A program made the position numbers and the translations under genes. A DNA stretch of 64,000 nt from NCBI GenBank assembly GCA_964016885.1, contig OZ024745.1:40424001-40488000 (forward strand). The letters run 5' to 3'. Each line of letters begins with the position of its first letter. The stretch's first letter is position 1. A model generated the notes under the pieces. It did not search any database, was not told where the DNA came from, and saw only the letters and a list, made by a program, of their open reading frames with translations. Of this stretch, positions 16,372 through 30,120 are shown one piece after another. This DNA comes from Eledone cirrhosa. Its lineage: Eukaryota.

Positions 16372-16372
<1 letters not shown>
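13178..16372 (-). mobile_element. Decayed R4/Dong-like RLE LINE
   Basis: NYRPITCL, GIFQGDSLSP, FKDDLKL (RT), CRICGEREETVAHIVSEC (CCHC) and RPDLMVVD (RLE). Bounded by (TTA)n. Confidence 0.9.
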
Positions 16373-16421
<49 letters not shown>

Positions 16422-16429
16422 GTTGTTAT

Positions 16430-17760
16430 TCCTTGAATCTCAGTCATTGATGTTGGTTAACTGGAAAGTCCGTTGGAATGAATATCAAGCCACTACCTGC
16501 AGCCTCAGATATTCAGGACGTATCGGAGGGTTCTTGCTGTTCCAAGCAAGCATGCCTTTTGAAGCGTTCCAAAAAGCGTGAAAGGGCCGATTTTCTTTAA
16601 CCATTCCTGGAAACTTTTGGAGATAGTCCCCAGTGCGCCTATGACAATCGGGATCACTTTGACTTCATGGCAGTTCCAAATCCTTTTCACCTCCCACTTT
16701 AGGTCCTGGTATCGGTTAATTTTCTCCCTCTCCTTCTCTTGCACTCTCGTGTCGAAAGGGCAGGCCGCATCCACAATCAGACACGATCTTTTTTCTTTGT
16801 CCACAACCACCAGGTCAGGTCTATTGTGTTCCAGTTTTTTGTCCGTCTGTATCCTAAAATCCCACAGCACCTTCACCTGATTGTTCTCCATCACCGCCTC
16901 TGGCCTATGCTCATACCATTTCTCAGAATGTGGTAAATTGTTTACTTTGCACAGGTGCCAGTGGATCACCCTGCCCATCACATCGTGTCTCCAGCCCTTA
17001 TAGTGGGTCTGGGCTAGGTGTTTACACTCGGATACAATGTGAGCCACAGTCTCCTCTCTCTCTCCACAGATCCTGCACAGTAGGCTAGCCTCCTCCTTGT
17101 AAATATGGTGTTTCAACCATTTCGTTTTGAGGGCCTGCTCCTGCGCAGCCATTAGCATTCCTTCTGTAGCCTTTTTGAGGTCTCCTCTTCTCAACCAGTT
17201 CCATGTCTGTGGATCTCTAAATTCAGTTTTCTCAAAGAACGTACTATGAAGGGATTTTCCCTTAAGGCTGCTCTTCCTCCTTGATGTTATTTCCTCCTTG
17301 GACATCCCCCGGCCTACTGTCCCCTCCTTCAGTACAGTTCTGAGCATTGGCTCCTTACTATAGGTCACGTATTTGTATAGGTTGTTTTTCTCCATCTGAA
17401 CACATTTCTCTATGCTGATAAGACCTCTTCCACCCTCAGATCTCCTTAGGTAGAGTATATCGACATCACTCCTCTTGTGGAACATGTTGTAGATAGTCAA
17501 TAGCTTCCTAGTCTTCCTATCCATTTCTTTTTGTTCAGCAACATTCCATCTCAGAATTCCCGCACTGTACCTAATAATAGACACAGCTCGGGAATTTACT
17601 GCGCTTATGGCATTTCTGCTGTTCAGATGTGAATTTAATACGCTCCTTATTCTCCGAATGTATTCAGTTCTTAACAATTCCTTCATTGTTTTGTTCTTTA
17701 TGCCATCAGCCTCCAGAACGCCCAAATACTTGTATCCTTCCTCAGAGTCAATTTCCTTTA

Positions 17761-17762
<2 letters not shown>
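16430..17762 (-). mobile_element. 5'-truncated R4/Dong-like LINE with an open C-terminal frame (16505-17762)
   Basis: YKYLG, GGRGL, CCHC and PDLVVVD...D.ACPFD motifs in one frame. (TTA)n on both sides. Confidence 0.92.
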
Positions 17763-17831
<69 letters not shown>

Positions 17832-17949
17832 TTCTCTCTCGTTCCCACCTTACGCGGAGATTTACCCATCTGCATTGTTGAGGCTTCCAAAACGAAACGA
17901 CTCTTTATATATATATATATATATATAGGGCGGGTAAAATTTCCGAGAT

Positions 17950-19190
17950 CCATGTACTAGTTCCTTCCAGCGGTCTCTGACCCTCATCATGGCTACATGT
18001 CCTCGGTCTCCAAGTGAACAGTGTCTGTCCTTAGGGCATCAACATATGTCAACCTCGGTCTGCATTTTCTAGTGTGTCCGTGCATGGCCTCCCACAGGAG
18101 CACTGAATGCAGTGTCAAATCTGTAACTCTGAATGTATCTGGGCATGTCCAGCTAACCTTAATCTCCTCCTTTCGAGCTGACTTTTGGTAGGCTCCCGTA
18201 CAGCTCTAAGTTCTTCATCCTCAGTGTATACTGATTAATGTTCAGCCATCCTCTAAACATTAATCAGTAATTGTTGGTGTTAGAGAGATCTCCCGTATTT
18301 GGCACTAGGGCGATGTTTCTGATCCTACAATGATTCGGGGCAACTCTTTTATCCAGTGTCTGGTTACAGAACCCCAGGATGATATCAGAATTATACGTCT
18401 TCATCATCTCTGATGCCACTCCATTTTCCCCATGGGCCTTGCCCTCCTTAATCTTCTTCTCGACTTTCTGAAGCTCCTCTCTGGTGACGGGTCCTGTCTC
18501 GGTATCCAGTTCCTCAAACAGCTTCCTGATCTCGCCATTGTTCTGGACTGTGGAGGGCGGCTCTCCTAGTAGGGTCCTAAAGCGGTCTAGCAATTTCCTC
18601 TTCCTATCCTCGGGATGTGTTCCATGGATCTGAATCGAACCCCTTCTCTTCCTCCATGTGATCTCATTGATGATCATCAAGTTCTCCTTACACCTAGACC
18701 TGTCAACCGCTCTCTCCACACTACTCGTCTTCTCTATCAGCGCCTCTTCTCTGGCCTCAGTATAAGCGGTACAGAGTTCTTCCGTCATCTCCTCCATATT
18801 GTCCTTCCTCTCCACCATAGGGTCAGCATAGAATTGATCCTTTGCAGCTTTCAGGTGTCCTCTGGCTACACAAACTTTTGGGTCTGCAGCGCTGACGTGC
18901 TTCCTCTTCTTGACTCATCGGCACGAGGGTCTCACTTACTTCTACCACTGAATTGGTAAAGTACCTCTACCTCTTCGTCACACTCTCCTTAGTCCCTCCT
19001 ATCTCTCTATACTCTGCCTCTCCACACAGAGCACTGAACCTGTACCTCACTTTTACTGTGAACATCTCCCGTAGTTTATCATCTTCCTTGAAAGCTATCC
19101 AGGCATAGATTGCTCTCATTGGCTGAGCCTTACTCTTTCTTAAGTGCATCCCGACCTCACTCACGACAAGCCGGTGGTCACTGTTCAGTT
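17950..19190 (-). mobile_element. Decayed, internally deleted RTE-like LINE
   Basis: SDHRLV (APE end), KAHGENGV...LVPNTGDLSNTNNY (RT start) and a C-terminal RPRLTYVD-like segment. Confidence 0.7.
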
Positions 19191-19334
19191 GCATATATAC
19201 ATATATGTATGTGTGTGTGCGTGTATATGCGCGGTGGGGGGGGGGGGGGGTGATATGGCGTGTGTGTGTGCGTGTGTGTGTGTGTATTTCAGTACAAAGT
19301 ACACACACACACACATATATATATATGCAACATA

Positions 19335-19636
<302 letters not shown>

Positions 19637-19973
19637 ATATATATATATATATATATAAATATATATATATTAGTTGATATATTAAATTATCTATATTTAT
19701 CTCCAAACCACTGATTTGTCGAGCAAACCTGCCAAAACCACTTCAACATTTTTTTTGGGGTGTTAGTAGGCGTCAGTCATCTTACCATCCCATTCCTTCT
19801 AACTAGCCTCTATGTCACGTGATTGATTCTTTAGAATCGGCCATTTGACTGGAAGCAGTGAGAATTTCAGTACATAGAATCCAGTCCTCGCCTAGCTGTT
19901 CTTTCTACCGAATTATTATTTTTATATGAGCCGCCAGTGTCCGCGCATTGCCTGGAGGCTCAGCTGAGAATAG

Positions 19974-20055
19974 ACTCCCTGATGACGCAATGAATTCTGG
20001 ACAGTTGGATTATGTAACTGTCTTTATCCCATTGCAGAAACTAATTAGTTGGAGT
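19974..20055 (+). ncRNA. Type I hammerhead ribozyme
   Basis: actcc CTGATGA c gcaatg..gacagtt/aactgtc..cattgc a GAAA ctaattag TT ggagt. Confidence 0.9.
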
Positions 20056-20527
20056 GAAAATTTAAGTAAGTAAGTAAAAAATTTTTTAAAAATTTTTTAA
20101 AAAAATATTTTCTTATTTTACGTCTTTTATATTATTGTTCTGCACCCTCCTGCATTGAACCACCTAGGTACTATGACATAACCTGTGTATTTGCTGGCAT
20201 GGACGTGCATCTGTGCGCCTATGTTAGTTGATATATTAAATTATCTATATTTATCTCCAAATCACTGATTTGTCGAGCAAACCTGCCAAAACCACTTCAA
20301 AATTTTTTTTGGGGTGTTAGTAGGCGTCAGTCATCTTACCATCCCATTCCTTCTAACTAGCCTCTATGTCACGTGATTGATTCTTTAGAATCGGTCATTT
20401 GACTGGAAGCAGTGAGAATTTCAGTACATAGAATCCAGTCCTCGCCTAGCTGTTCTTTCTACCGAATTATTATTTTTATATGAGCCGCCAGTGTCCGCGC
20501 ATTGCCTGGAGGCTCAGCTGAGAATAG

Positions 20528-20609
20528 ACTCCCTGATGACGCAATGAATTCTCGACAGTTGGATTATGTAACTGTCTTTATCCCATTGCAGAAACTAATT
20601 AGTTGGAGT
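20528..20609 (+). ncRNA. Type I hammerhead ribozyme (second tandem copy)
   Basis: Same motif 554 bp downstream. Confidence 0.9.
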
Positions 20610-20676
20610 GAAAATTTAAGTAAGTAAGTAAAAAACTTTTTAAAAATTTTTTTAAAAATTATTTTCTTATTTTACG

Positions 20677-20733
<57 letters not shown>

Positions 20734-20743
20734 GAGAGAGAGA

Positions 20744-20811
<68 letters not shown>

Positions 20812-22062
20812 ATCTAATAAAACACACGTCACACGTTTTATATATAATACCAGTATATTTTAAACTTAAAGTGAATTAATAATGTAGGAATCCACCATAG
20901 AATTAGCTTCTGCTCTGTATAATATGTAAGTTTTCATTGTTCGATATTTCCGTTGATGATTTCGCACGTGCTGTACAGTGGTTGAATCATTTTCGTATCT
21001 TTACTGTATATATTGTTGTATGTTTCAATCCATACACACTCATCTTTCTTATTTCGACGTATATCGAGATAAACATATATTCATATACATGCACATACAC
21101 ACTCACCCATACATACACAAATGTGCACACACACACACACATATGCGTGGGAATGTGTTCGTGTCGATGTATGTGTGTGTGGGTGTGTGTGTTTGTGAAT
21201 GGAATGAAAGGGTTTACGTTTTTGATCTTCGTTTAGGAAAGTTGTATTGTTTATATTGATGAAGGTGTCATGCTAGGATGAAAAGGGGGCTTTCTTTGTT
21301 CCAAGAACTGTGTTACTCTATTGAAGTAATCTACCATTAATATAGATCAACTGTAATTCCCATTGGTAGTAAAGAAATGCTCCCAGCAGATATGTCTTTG
21401 TGTTAGTTTTTCTTCAGTGTTACCGTTGTGTGTGATTATTTCTTCTCTCCATTATTAAAACATATGGGTGTGGTTTTAGTGAAGAACTTTGAGTAAATTG
21501 CTTTATAAAACAATTTCAGTGCTTAAACATGATATTGCTAGTTCAATTGCCCTTTCATTATTCTCTTTATTTGTTTCTTGGTTTCATTTCCTTCCATTTA
21601 TGTGTTCATGCGACGCTTTATAAAATAAAAGCCTGGTTTCAGGCTTTTTATGCACTATTCCAAATAGCAAAATGCCGGCTCTTTTAGAGATGCTTTCTTT
21701 TCTTATGTATATGATCATCCCGAGAATTGCAAGTTGCAGCTGCATTATTTATTTTTTTCTAATTTTCTTCTGCTTATAATGATGTTTAGGTTAAAATACT
21801 TCAAAAGCTAAATGGTGTAAATAATGACCATCAATGTTGCATTTAAATTATTGTTGTCGAATGGGCATTCAACAGTAATGTGTGACATTTCAGAATTCCT
21901 TGTATGAATCGATTTGCATTATATATTATTTTCCAGGTTATTACCTTTTCTAACAAAGCTTCATATTTTAGAAGAACCATTAATTGAACCTTTATTCCCA
22001 CATTCATAATATACGCATTGGTTAAAAGCGCCATCAATTACGTATGTAAATCACACACACAC

Positions 22063-22119
<57 letters not shown>

Positions 22120-22261
22120 GGGATAGAAAGAGGGGGAGAGAGACAGATAAGTAGCTATATAGATAGATAGATAGATGGATAGACAGATATAGAAATAAAT
22201 ATATAGATAGAGAGAAATTGTGTGTGTGTGGGAGATAGAGAGAAAGAGAGAGAGAGAGAGG

Positions 22262-22339
<78 letters not shown>

Positions 22340-23034
22340 TGGGGGTTACAACTAAAGTCACGCGATGAATATTTTCTAAATAAATAACCAATTTGAGACC
22401 TTAAAAATGTTCGCCGTCTCTAAACTTGTGGCGTTGGGTCTTGCATTATTCATTATATTTTTTGTTTCTCTTTATTTATTTTTGTTTAAGAGAGGCATAT
22501 ATTACTAAGGAATCTCTTCGACATACAGTAAGATGAGTTTAACTGCCCATTGTGACGATTATTAATATCATACAATGTTTTATTTTAGGCTGCTTTAGGA
22601 ATCTAGCCATCTCTAACCTTGTAGGAGTTATTCTGTAAGTTTCCCCTTCTCTGAATGGATAATGTAGCCACCTTTTCATTGAGATGTTTCCATATATCAG
22701 TGAAAGGTAAGGTTATGCATGATCGATATATCAGACAGATGAAGTTCTTGAAAATTCAAATACAGGAAAAACTTTTGTAAAGAATGGTCCTGAAAAGAGT
22801 TGATTACACGAAAATTCAAGATAGTTTTAAACATTTGAAATGTTTGACAACTACATTATTCACTGCCTGCATTATGATTCACAAATAGCAAAAGGAGTTG
22901 GCTCAGAATTTGGATTGTCTAAGTATAGAGTAAATCGCTCCATATAAGCCAGCTTGGGAGAAATGTAACTTTCAAATAGTCAAGATTGCATGCTCGCCCG
23001 ATGTGCTTATGAAGAGATATTACCTAGAATATTG

Positions 23035-23100
<66 letters not shown>

Positions 23101-23672
23101 CAATATTCTAGGTAATACAACATCTCTAGCTGAAATAATAAATAGTTATAGAAAGAGGAATATAGAATATGACCTGATCTGGAGTGTGCTCAAAAGGGCC
23201 AGCCTTTATCAAAATAGTAGAAATGAATGTAGATTATGTTCCCAAGAACTTTTTGAAATAATGAAATCTAAGGATATCCTATTAAATAAGCGACAGGAAT
23301 TAATAATATCGTGTAATCATAAACTGAGAAAAACCTTTAAATATTATAAACCTAATTAATATACACTTTAGAAATTAATTTATAAATTATTTTTAATTTA
23401 GTTAACCTATAATTAATATTCTACTACTGATGAACTACATAATTTTGCTTTCCTTCTTACAAATATCATTTCCTAAAACTGATACCATTAAGTAAACATT
23501 TATAATGCTTTAACTTCAGGTTATGACTCTATGTTCCTTGAAAACTATATATATTTACTATTTCTCACTAATAAATTTAACCCCCTCCCCCCAATAATTA
23601 TATGTATACATAAGTGTATATGTGTGTGTATATGTATGTGTATGTATGTATATGTGCATGTATATATCTATG

Positions 23673-23709
<37 letters not shown>

Positions 23710-23754
23710 ATATATATGTATATGTATATATATATATGTGTGTATGTGTGTGTG

Positions 23755-23792
<38 letters not shown>

Positions 23793-23793
23793 A

Positions 23794-23839
<46 letters not shown>

Positions 23840-24512
23840 ATGTGTATATATATATGTATAAGTATATATATATATATTATTTTTATATTCTTTTGATTTC
23901 CCCTCATCTTTAATAGCACTTTTCAACTGCATCTAACTCTTATTTATCATATCTATATGTATGACTATAATTTTATCAATATAAATATACCCATCAATTA
24001 AATTAATTTATATTCTTTTCATAGATGTATTTTTTTCACTAACATTCTTATATTAAAACTTTAGTCACCTTAGATTTTTGTATTGGCATTACTATTTTAT
24101 AACAGCAACTGCTTGTATACCTTTTACTGACCACCTGACCTATTTTCACCCCTAAAATAAGCTTCAATTACTACTATTTTACCATTTGGCCAATTATTAA
24201 CTTTCTATTGGTTAATTCTAAACCTCTTACCAAACAAACAGAATATATTAGATCTTTGTTGGTTTTATTCAATGAAAAAATAAAATTATTTCTGAGGTCA
24301 GCATAAGACCTATTTCTTCCCTAAAATAATCCTTCATTCATAATATTCTTTTCCATCCAAAACTGAAATCTACCTTCCTCTACCCATAATTTAAGGTTCT
24401 TCTACTACTATATTACTATCCTGACCCTCACTATCTCTCTATTGGTCAATTCAAAACCTGTTCCCAAACAGACCTATTGTATTGAATCTTTGTTTTTTTC
24501 AATAAACAAATA

Positions 24513-24654
24513 TCATTATTTCTGAAGACAGCATATATATGTGTAGGTATGTATATTCCCTCTGATAGTTTGTATAAATATTTTACATAGATGTATAGAA
24601 TATGCATAGCAACTCTAACACATATATATCCTAGAAACGATCGTAAAATGATGA
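24513..24654 (+). ncRNA. Type I hammerhead ribozyme with a very long stem II insert
   Basis: tcattattt CTGAAGA cagcatatatatgtgt...acacatatatatccta GAAA cgatcg TA aaatgatga. Confidence 0.75.
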
Positions 24655-24991
24655 ATTTGTTTTAATATAAGGAACTGATTCTTTGTTTATTCATTATTTT
24701 ATTAATTTATCTTGACTCTGTTTTCCGTTTATTTTTCACCGAAAGTAGTTTTTGAATGCATCTTCTGTTTTCATGATATCCGGATTACATTGAATTCTTC
24801 ATACGGATTGGACACTACCGGAAACTTTTGGTAGATTTATCTACATACTTTGCTCCTATTTTCATGGGGATATTCTTATTTTTATATTGTATGTGTATAT
24901 ATATTTATATATATATACATATATGTGTATAACTTTATAACTCCATATACAAATAGTTGAGCTCTTTTTCTTGTCCATTATCCATATCACA

Positions 24992-27446
24992 ATGGAAAAA
25001 CAATACTTGGGAACTTCTTTAAAGAATATACCATTACCTTCTAAGGATGATTTCTTACTTCTTATGATACAAAAAACCAACCAATTTATCAGAAGAATCA
25101 GATGGAGGGCCTACCACTTCGATAAAAAAACAAAATGTACTGATAGGAAATATTTGTATGATTTCACTACATATAAAAATCCACCACACAACTCCTTACT
25201 TGAAAACTTTGAGAAAGACCTTTTTAATTTAATCAAACACCTCAAATTTAAGAGGTATAAATCTAATTTTCAAAAGGACCTAGATTCTACCCTATTGGAT
25301 CTAAATAAATCTAAAAAAATCCATGTCCACTCGGACAAAACTGGAAATCTATATCACATGGATATTGAAAATTACAATGAGTTCATATATAAAGAACTCA
25401 GGAAAAATTATAGAAAAACAAATAATGCGTCACTTACCAACATCAACAACAAAACACACAGCATAGTGAATAGACTTAATATTGAAGATAGAACTGAACC
25501 TTTGGCATTGAAAAGACCACACTTCAACCTGAAAGATCATAAATCTAACTTTAACTCTAATCCTTCTATAAGGCTTATATGCCCTTCCAAATCTGATATT
25601 GGAATAATTACTAAAACATTTTTAGATAGAGTCATCCCACAACTAAGAAAACATGTTAATTTACAACTCTGGGAAAACACATCCCAGGTAATTAACTGGT
25701 TTAATAATATTAGAAATAAATCCTCTGCCTATATTTCTACAATTTGATATAGATAATTATTATTATTCTATATCACCTATACTCCTGAACAAAGCCTTGA
25801 TATTTGCTAAAAATAGATCTAACTTAACTTTGGATGACATTAATATTATTACACATGCTAGACTAACACTATTGGAATTTCAGAATGAATACTGGACCAG
25901 AAACACATATAGTAATCTATTCGATATTACTATGGGCTCAAGCGATTCTGCCCAAATTATTGATCTTGTGGGCCTCTTTCTTCTTTTTAACATAAATGCT
26001 TCTTTTCCCCCACCTTAAAGGTGGTTTATATCGTGACGATTGTCTTCTTCTTTCCAATAATCTTAGCCTCTCAGAGAGAGAAAAAATAAAAAGCTTATTA
26101 GAACTTTCCTCAAAGATTATTATAGTCTAGATATTACATTTGAAAACACAAGTAAAGTAGTTAATTTCCTAGATATAACATTAGACTTATCTACGGGTAT
26201 CTACCAACCTTACCATAAACCCAACCAAAATTTACACTACATACACTCACAATCTAATCACCCTAAATCTATCCTTAAAAACCTTGCATATAATATATCA
26301 CTTAGAATTTCTAACCTTTCGTCTAACCAAGATGTATTTGATAAACATGCGACCTTTTATAAAGAAGCTCTAGCTAGAAGTGGCCACAAAAATAGATTAG
26401 TATATATACCTGCTACCAATAACACTACAAACATACAACCTAATATTACCAACAAACACCAAATGAAACATACACACCTAAATGCCACTCACACTATACC
26501 CCAAAACACCAACATAAAACCAAATTTCTCTAACTCTTCTAATATACAGTATAGTAATTCTCAAAAAACTACTCATCCTACAACTCTCATAAATGTTAAT
26601 AATAAAACTCCTAATAAACAAGCTAAAACACCTAAATCAATAAATCTAACTAAAAATGTGTGTGGTGAGGTCATTAACAATAATTCTCTTAATAAACATC
26701 AGGATGCATCCTATAAAAACAATAAACAACATCGAAACCGTAATAGACGAGTTACTTGGTACAATGCTCCATTTAATTTACAAATTAAGGATAATATACC
26801 TAAAAAATTCTTTAATATCCTAGAGAAAAACTTCCCGCCAAACCACAAATACCATCAAATCTTAAATAGATCAACGGTTAAATTCTCCTACTCAACAACC
26901 AAAAACATAAAACAAAATATAAGTGCCTATAATGCATATAAATGTAAAAGAACCATGAGTATACCACCAGTACATCAAACTAACCATAATATCTCCTCAG
27001 ATACAGGATTCACGAAAAGTTGTAACTGTAGAAACAAGACAAACTGTCCATTAAAAGGAAATTGCCTTGTTAATAACATAGTATATAAATGTAAGGTTAA
27101 CACTAAGGACTCAATTTATTCATATATAGGAGCTACCTCTAACACATTTAAGGTAAGATTTAATACCCACAAACATAGTTTTAAAAATGCCGCACTAGCT
27201 AATACAACATCTCTAGCTGAAATAATAAATAGTTATAGAAAGAGGAATATAGAATATGACCTGACCTGGAGTGTGCTCAAAAGGGCCACCCCTTATCAAA
27301 ATAGTAGAAATGAATGTAGATTATGTTCCCAAGAACTTTTTGAAATAATGAAATCTAAGGATATCCTATTAAATAAGCGACAGGAATTAATAATATCGTG
27401 TAATCATAAACTGAGAAAAACCTTTAAATATTATAAACCTAATTAA
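24992..27446 (+). pseudogene. PLE RT plus GIY-YIG ORF, frameshifted
   Basis: DKTGN, LKDHK, RLICPSKS, TMGS...DLVGL, LYRDD, CNCR...CPLKGNC, YIGAT...FKVRF and CRLC..E motifs. Confidence 0.92.
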
Positions 27447-27754
27447 TATACACTTTAGAAATTAATTTATAAATTATTTTTAATTTAGTTAACCTATAAT
27501 TAATATTCTACTACTGATGAACTACATAATTTTGCTTTCCTTCTTACAAATATCATTTCCTAAAACTGATACCATTAAGTAAGCATATATAATGCTTTAA
27601 CTTCAGGTTATGACTCTATGTTCCTTGAAAACTATATATATTTACTATTTATCACTAATAAATTTAATCCTCCCCCCCAATAATTATATGTATATATAAG
27701 TGTATATGTGTGTGTATATGTATGTGTATGTATGTATATGTGCATGTATATATC

Positions 27755-27839
<85 letters not shown>

Positions 27840-27926
27840 GTATATGTATATATATATATGTGTGTATGTGTGTGTGTGTATGTGTATATATATGTATATA
27901 TATGTATATATATAAGTGTATATGTA

Positions 27927-28050
27927 TGTCGAAACGGCTTGAGCTCAGCCGTTGGGGTCTTACTTGTTCCTATTACCCACTCTACTACCCTAAGTATTGA
28001 GTACTTTGGTGCGTTATGGTCCACCTGGTTCCTTACCACATTTCCTTCGT

Positions 28051-28053
<3 letters not shown>
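27927..28053 (+). mobile_element. Family C pLTR tail with the 3' half of the HHR
   Basis: Reverse complement of 1692-1817. Confidence 0.85.
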
Positions 28054-28082
<29 letters not shown>

Positions 28083-28244
28083 ATATATATATAATTACAA
28101 TTTGGGAGGGTCCTGTTGCCAATAACACACGCACCAGTTGCTTTCACTCCAATTTATTATAAATTAAAAAAAAATTGTTTTAAATATTAAAAAAAAAGGT
28201 TTTCAAAATTAAAATTTATAAATTTCCGGTAGGTTGGTTGGTTC

Positions 28245-28330
<86 letters not shown>

Positions 28331-28344
28331 CATATATATATAGA

Positions 28345-28885
28345 TAAGTTATTCCTGGTTGAATCGGACGTAACCACAGTAAGTAAAGTACTCAATACAT
28401 AGCAGAGAATAAAAGTATTAATATAGAAGAGTTTCTACAGGACTAGAACTGCTTCATTCGTGAGAAATCATGAGGGTGGTGTTTGCTGTTCCCGTGGCTT
28501 TTTATCGTTTCATAGTACAGAGGCTGTCTACTGTCTGCTTTCGCGTGGCTGTATGCTGCTTACTTCGGTGCTTTCAACCTGGGGGAGACAACTTGGCCTG
28601 GTCAATTATCCGACAGGGGGCGTAAGGCGTCTTACTACAGTAGTATTTGTCTTTCGTCATCTGGTGGTAGAAGAGTGTGGGGATTGGGATGGCCTTAGGT
28701 CATTGGTTGAAGGATTTAAAGAAACGGGAGTTTATTCAATGCTAATTCTTTAAAGCTATAATATTAACAAAGGCAGAAAGAATACTGTAAACCAGATAAG
28801 GAAAGACATAAATACTTGGACAGCCAGCTTCCTGATAATTTCTCACGAATAGTCCTAGTCATGTAGAAGCTCTCCTATATTAAAA
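28345..28885. mobile_element. PLE pLTR remnant with inverted ends and degenerate HHRs
   Basis: 28420-28476 is inverted relative to 28828-28882 (CTGATAA core). Tail motif gtactcaatac at 28388. Confidence 0.55.
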
Positions 28886-28989
28886 CTATATATATGTATA
28901 TGTATATATATTTTTATATTTTACTTTTCCACGTATATAATATATATTATATATATATTATATACGTGGAAAAGTAAAATATAAAAGTA

Positions 28990-30120
28990 AAATATAGGAG
29001 AACAGACCGTTAAAACGTTGTTTATTTATAATAGCACCTATGTACGTTTCGCCCGAATGGGCGTCTCAAGGGCATAAATAACTAAAAAGTTCTCCTTAAA
29101 TGGCCCGTAATGTGTTTTTAGAGATAAGTTCACGTCAGAGTTCATTCTTCGCAAAAGAGGTATTTTGATTTTGCAGTAGGTCAAGGGAGGTAACTCTAGC
29201 CGGTGTTAGGGCAGTCTTTCCCGGACAAATTTTTTTTATCCGTTACAAGATGTAGTTACAACCTTACCATTGTCGATACGCACAGGGTCAGGTATGCAAC
29301 GTTTGTTTTGAGACCGTTGTTTAGTGCACCTGCCCGCCTGGGTCAATTGAAGTCGGGTCTGGGATGCATGGTTAGTTTCCGGATGTTTTTTGCAGCGCCT
29401 TCCCGCCGGGGTGTTAAGGCTAGGTGCAGCGAGACACGGTATACGGTTTCACTCCTCGTTCTTATTCCACCTGAAGTAGGATAATTTTAAGCAGTGTGCA
29501 CAGCTCATTTCAGCTCGATTCAGCTCTGCTGTTGATGAGCTCGTGGGGTGCCGTTATAATGTGGTAGAGCTCCATGAGGCAAAGATCACACTTTCTCTTA
29601 AGATTGTACGGTGCTGCCCTGCCGACGTCTCAAAACAAACGTTGCATACCTGACGCTGTGAGTATCGACAATGGTAAGGTAGTAACCACATCTTGTAACG
29701 GATAAAAAAAGATTTCCTGGAAAGAATGCCCTAACACTGGCTATAATTACCTCCCTTGACCTACTGGAAAATCAAAACACGCTTTCTTGCGAAGAATGAA
29801 CTCTGACGTGAACTTACCTCTAAAAACACATTCCGGGCCATGTAATGAGCACTTTTTAGTTCTTTATGCCCTTGAGAAGCCCATTCGAGCGAAACGTACG
29901 TAGGTGCTATTGTAAATAAACATATTTTAACGGGCTGTTCTCCAGTATTTTACTTTTCCACGTGCTTACGCTCTGCTAATTCTCTCACCCACTAGCTATT
30001 AACACTTCTAATATTTAACACTGTCGGCACTAGTATTGAGTACCCTCTGCATACGCTATTTGGCAAATAACTACATGTATCACCTATCCCTCTTTTCTCT
30101 CTCTCAATACGTAAATATTC
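28990..30120 (-). mobile_element. 5'-truncated Naiad-like PLE (family E) plus inverted pLTR (29625-30120, plus strand)
   Basis: Minus strand 29510-29595 translates KCDLCLMELYHIITAPHELINSRAE. 28995-29315 is inverted at 29625-29950. Confidence 0.85.
29868..29907 (+). ncRNA. Minimal hammerhead ribozyme, U3:A8 variant (inverted copy at 29034-29073)
   Basis: gccc TTGAGAA gcccattcgagc GAAA cgtacg TA ggtgc. Confidence 0.8.

Larger units (their letters stand above)
19671..20682 (+). mobile_element. Non-coding 554-bp head-to-tail repeat (~1.8 units), one HHR per unit (retrozyme-like)
   Basis: Units start at 19671 and 20225 and are near-identical. No ORF. (TA)n on both sides. Confidence 0.85.
23113..27925 (+). 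mobile_element. Naiad-like PLE family B in partial-tandem arrangement (5' pLTR 23113-24970, ORF, truncated 3' pLTR)
   Basis: 23113-23830 repeats 27200-27925. RT and GIY-YIG lie between the two copies. Confidence 0.9.

Noticed and set aside
16505-17953. 482-aa ORF as an intact gene
   Set aside because: The N-terminus is read-through of (TA)n and (TAA)n. Only 16505-17762 is LINE sequence, and it is 5'-truncated.
21250-23000. Possible host exons or decayed coding DNA (also 4000-5050, 38850-39400 and 49130-49450)
   Set aside because: The frames read had stops and no recognisable motif. BLASTX would be needed.
26463-27446. Selenocysteine recoding, as reported for some Naiad PLEs
   Set aside because: Conserved Cys positions use TGT/TGC. 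No in-frame TGA or convincing SECIS was seen.
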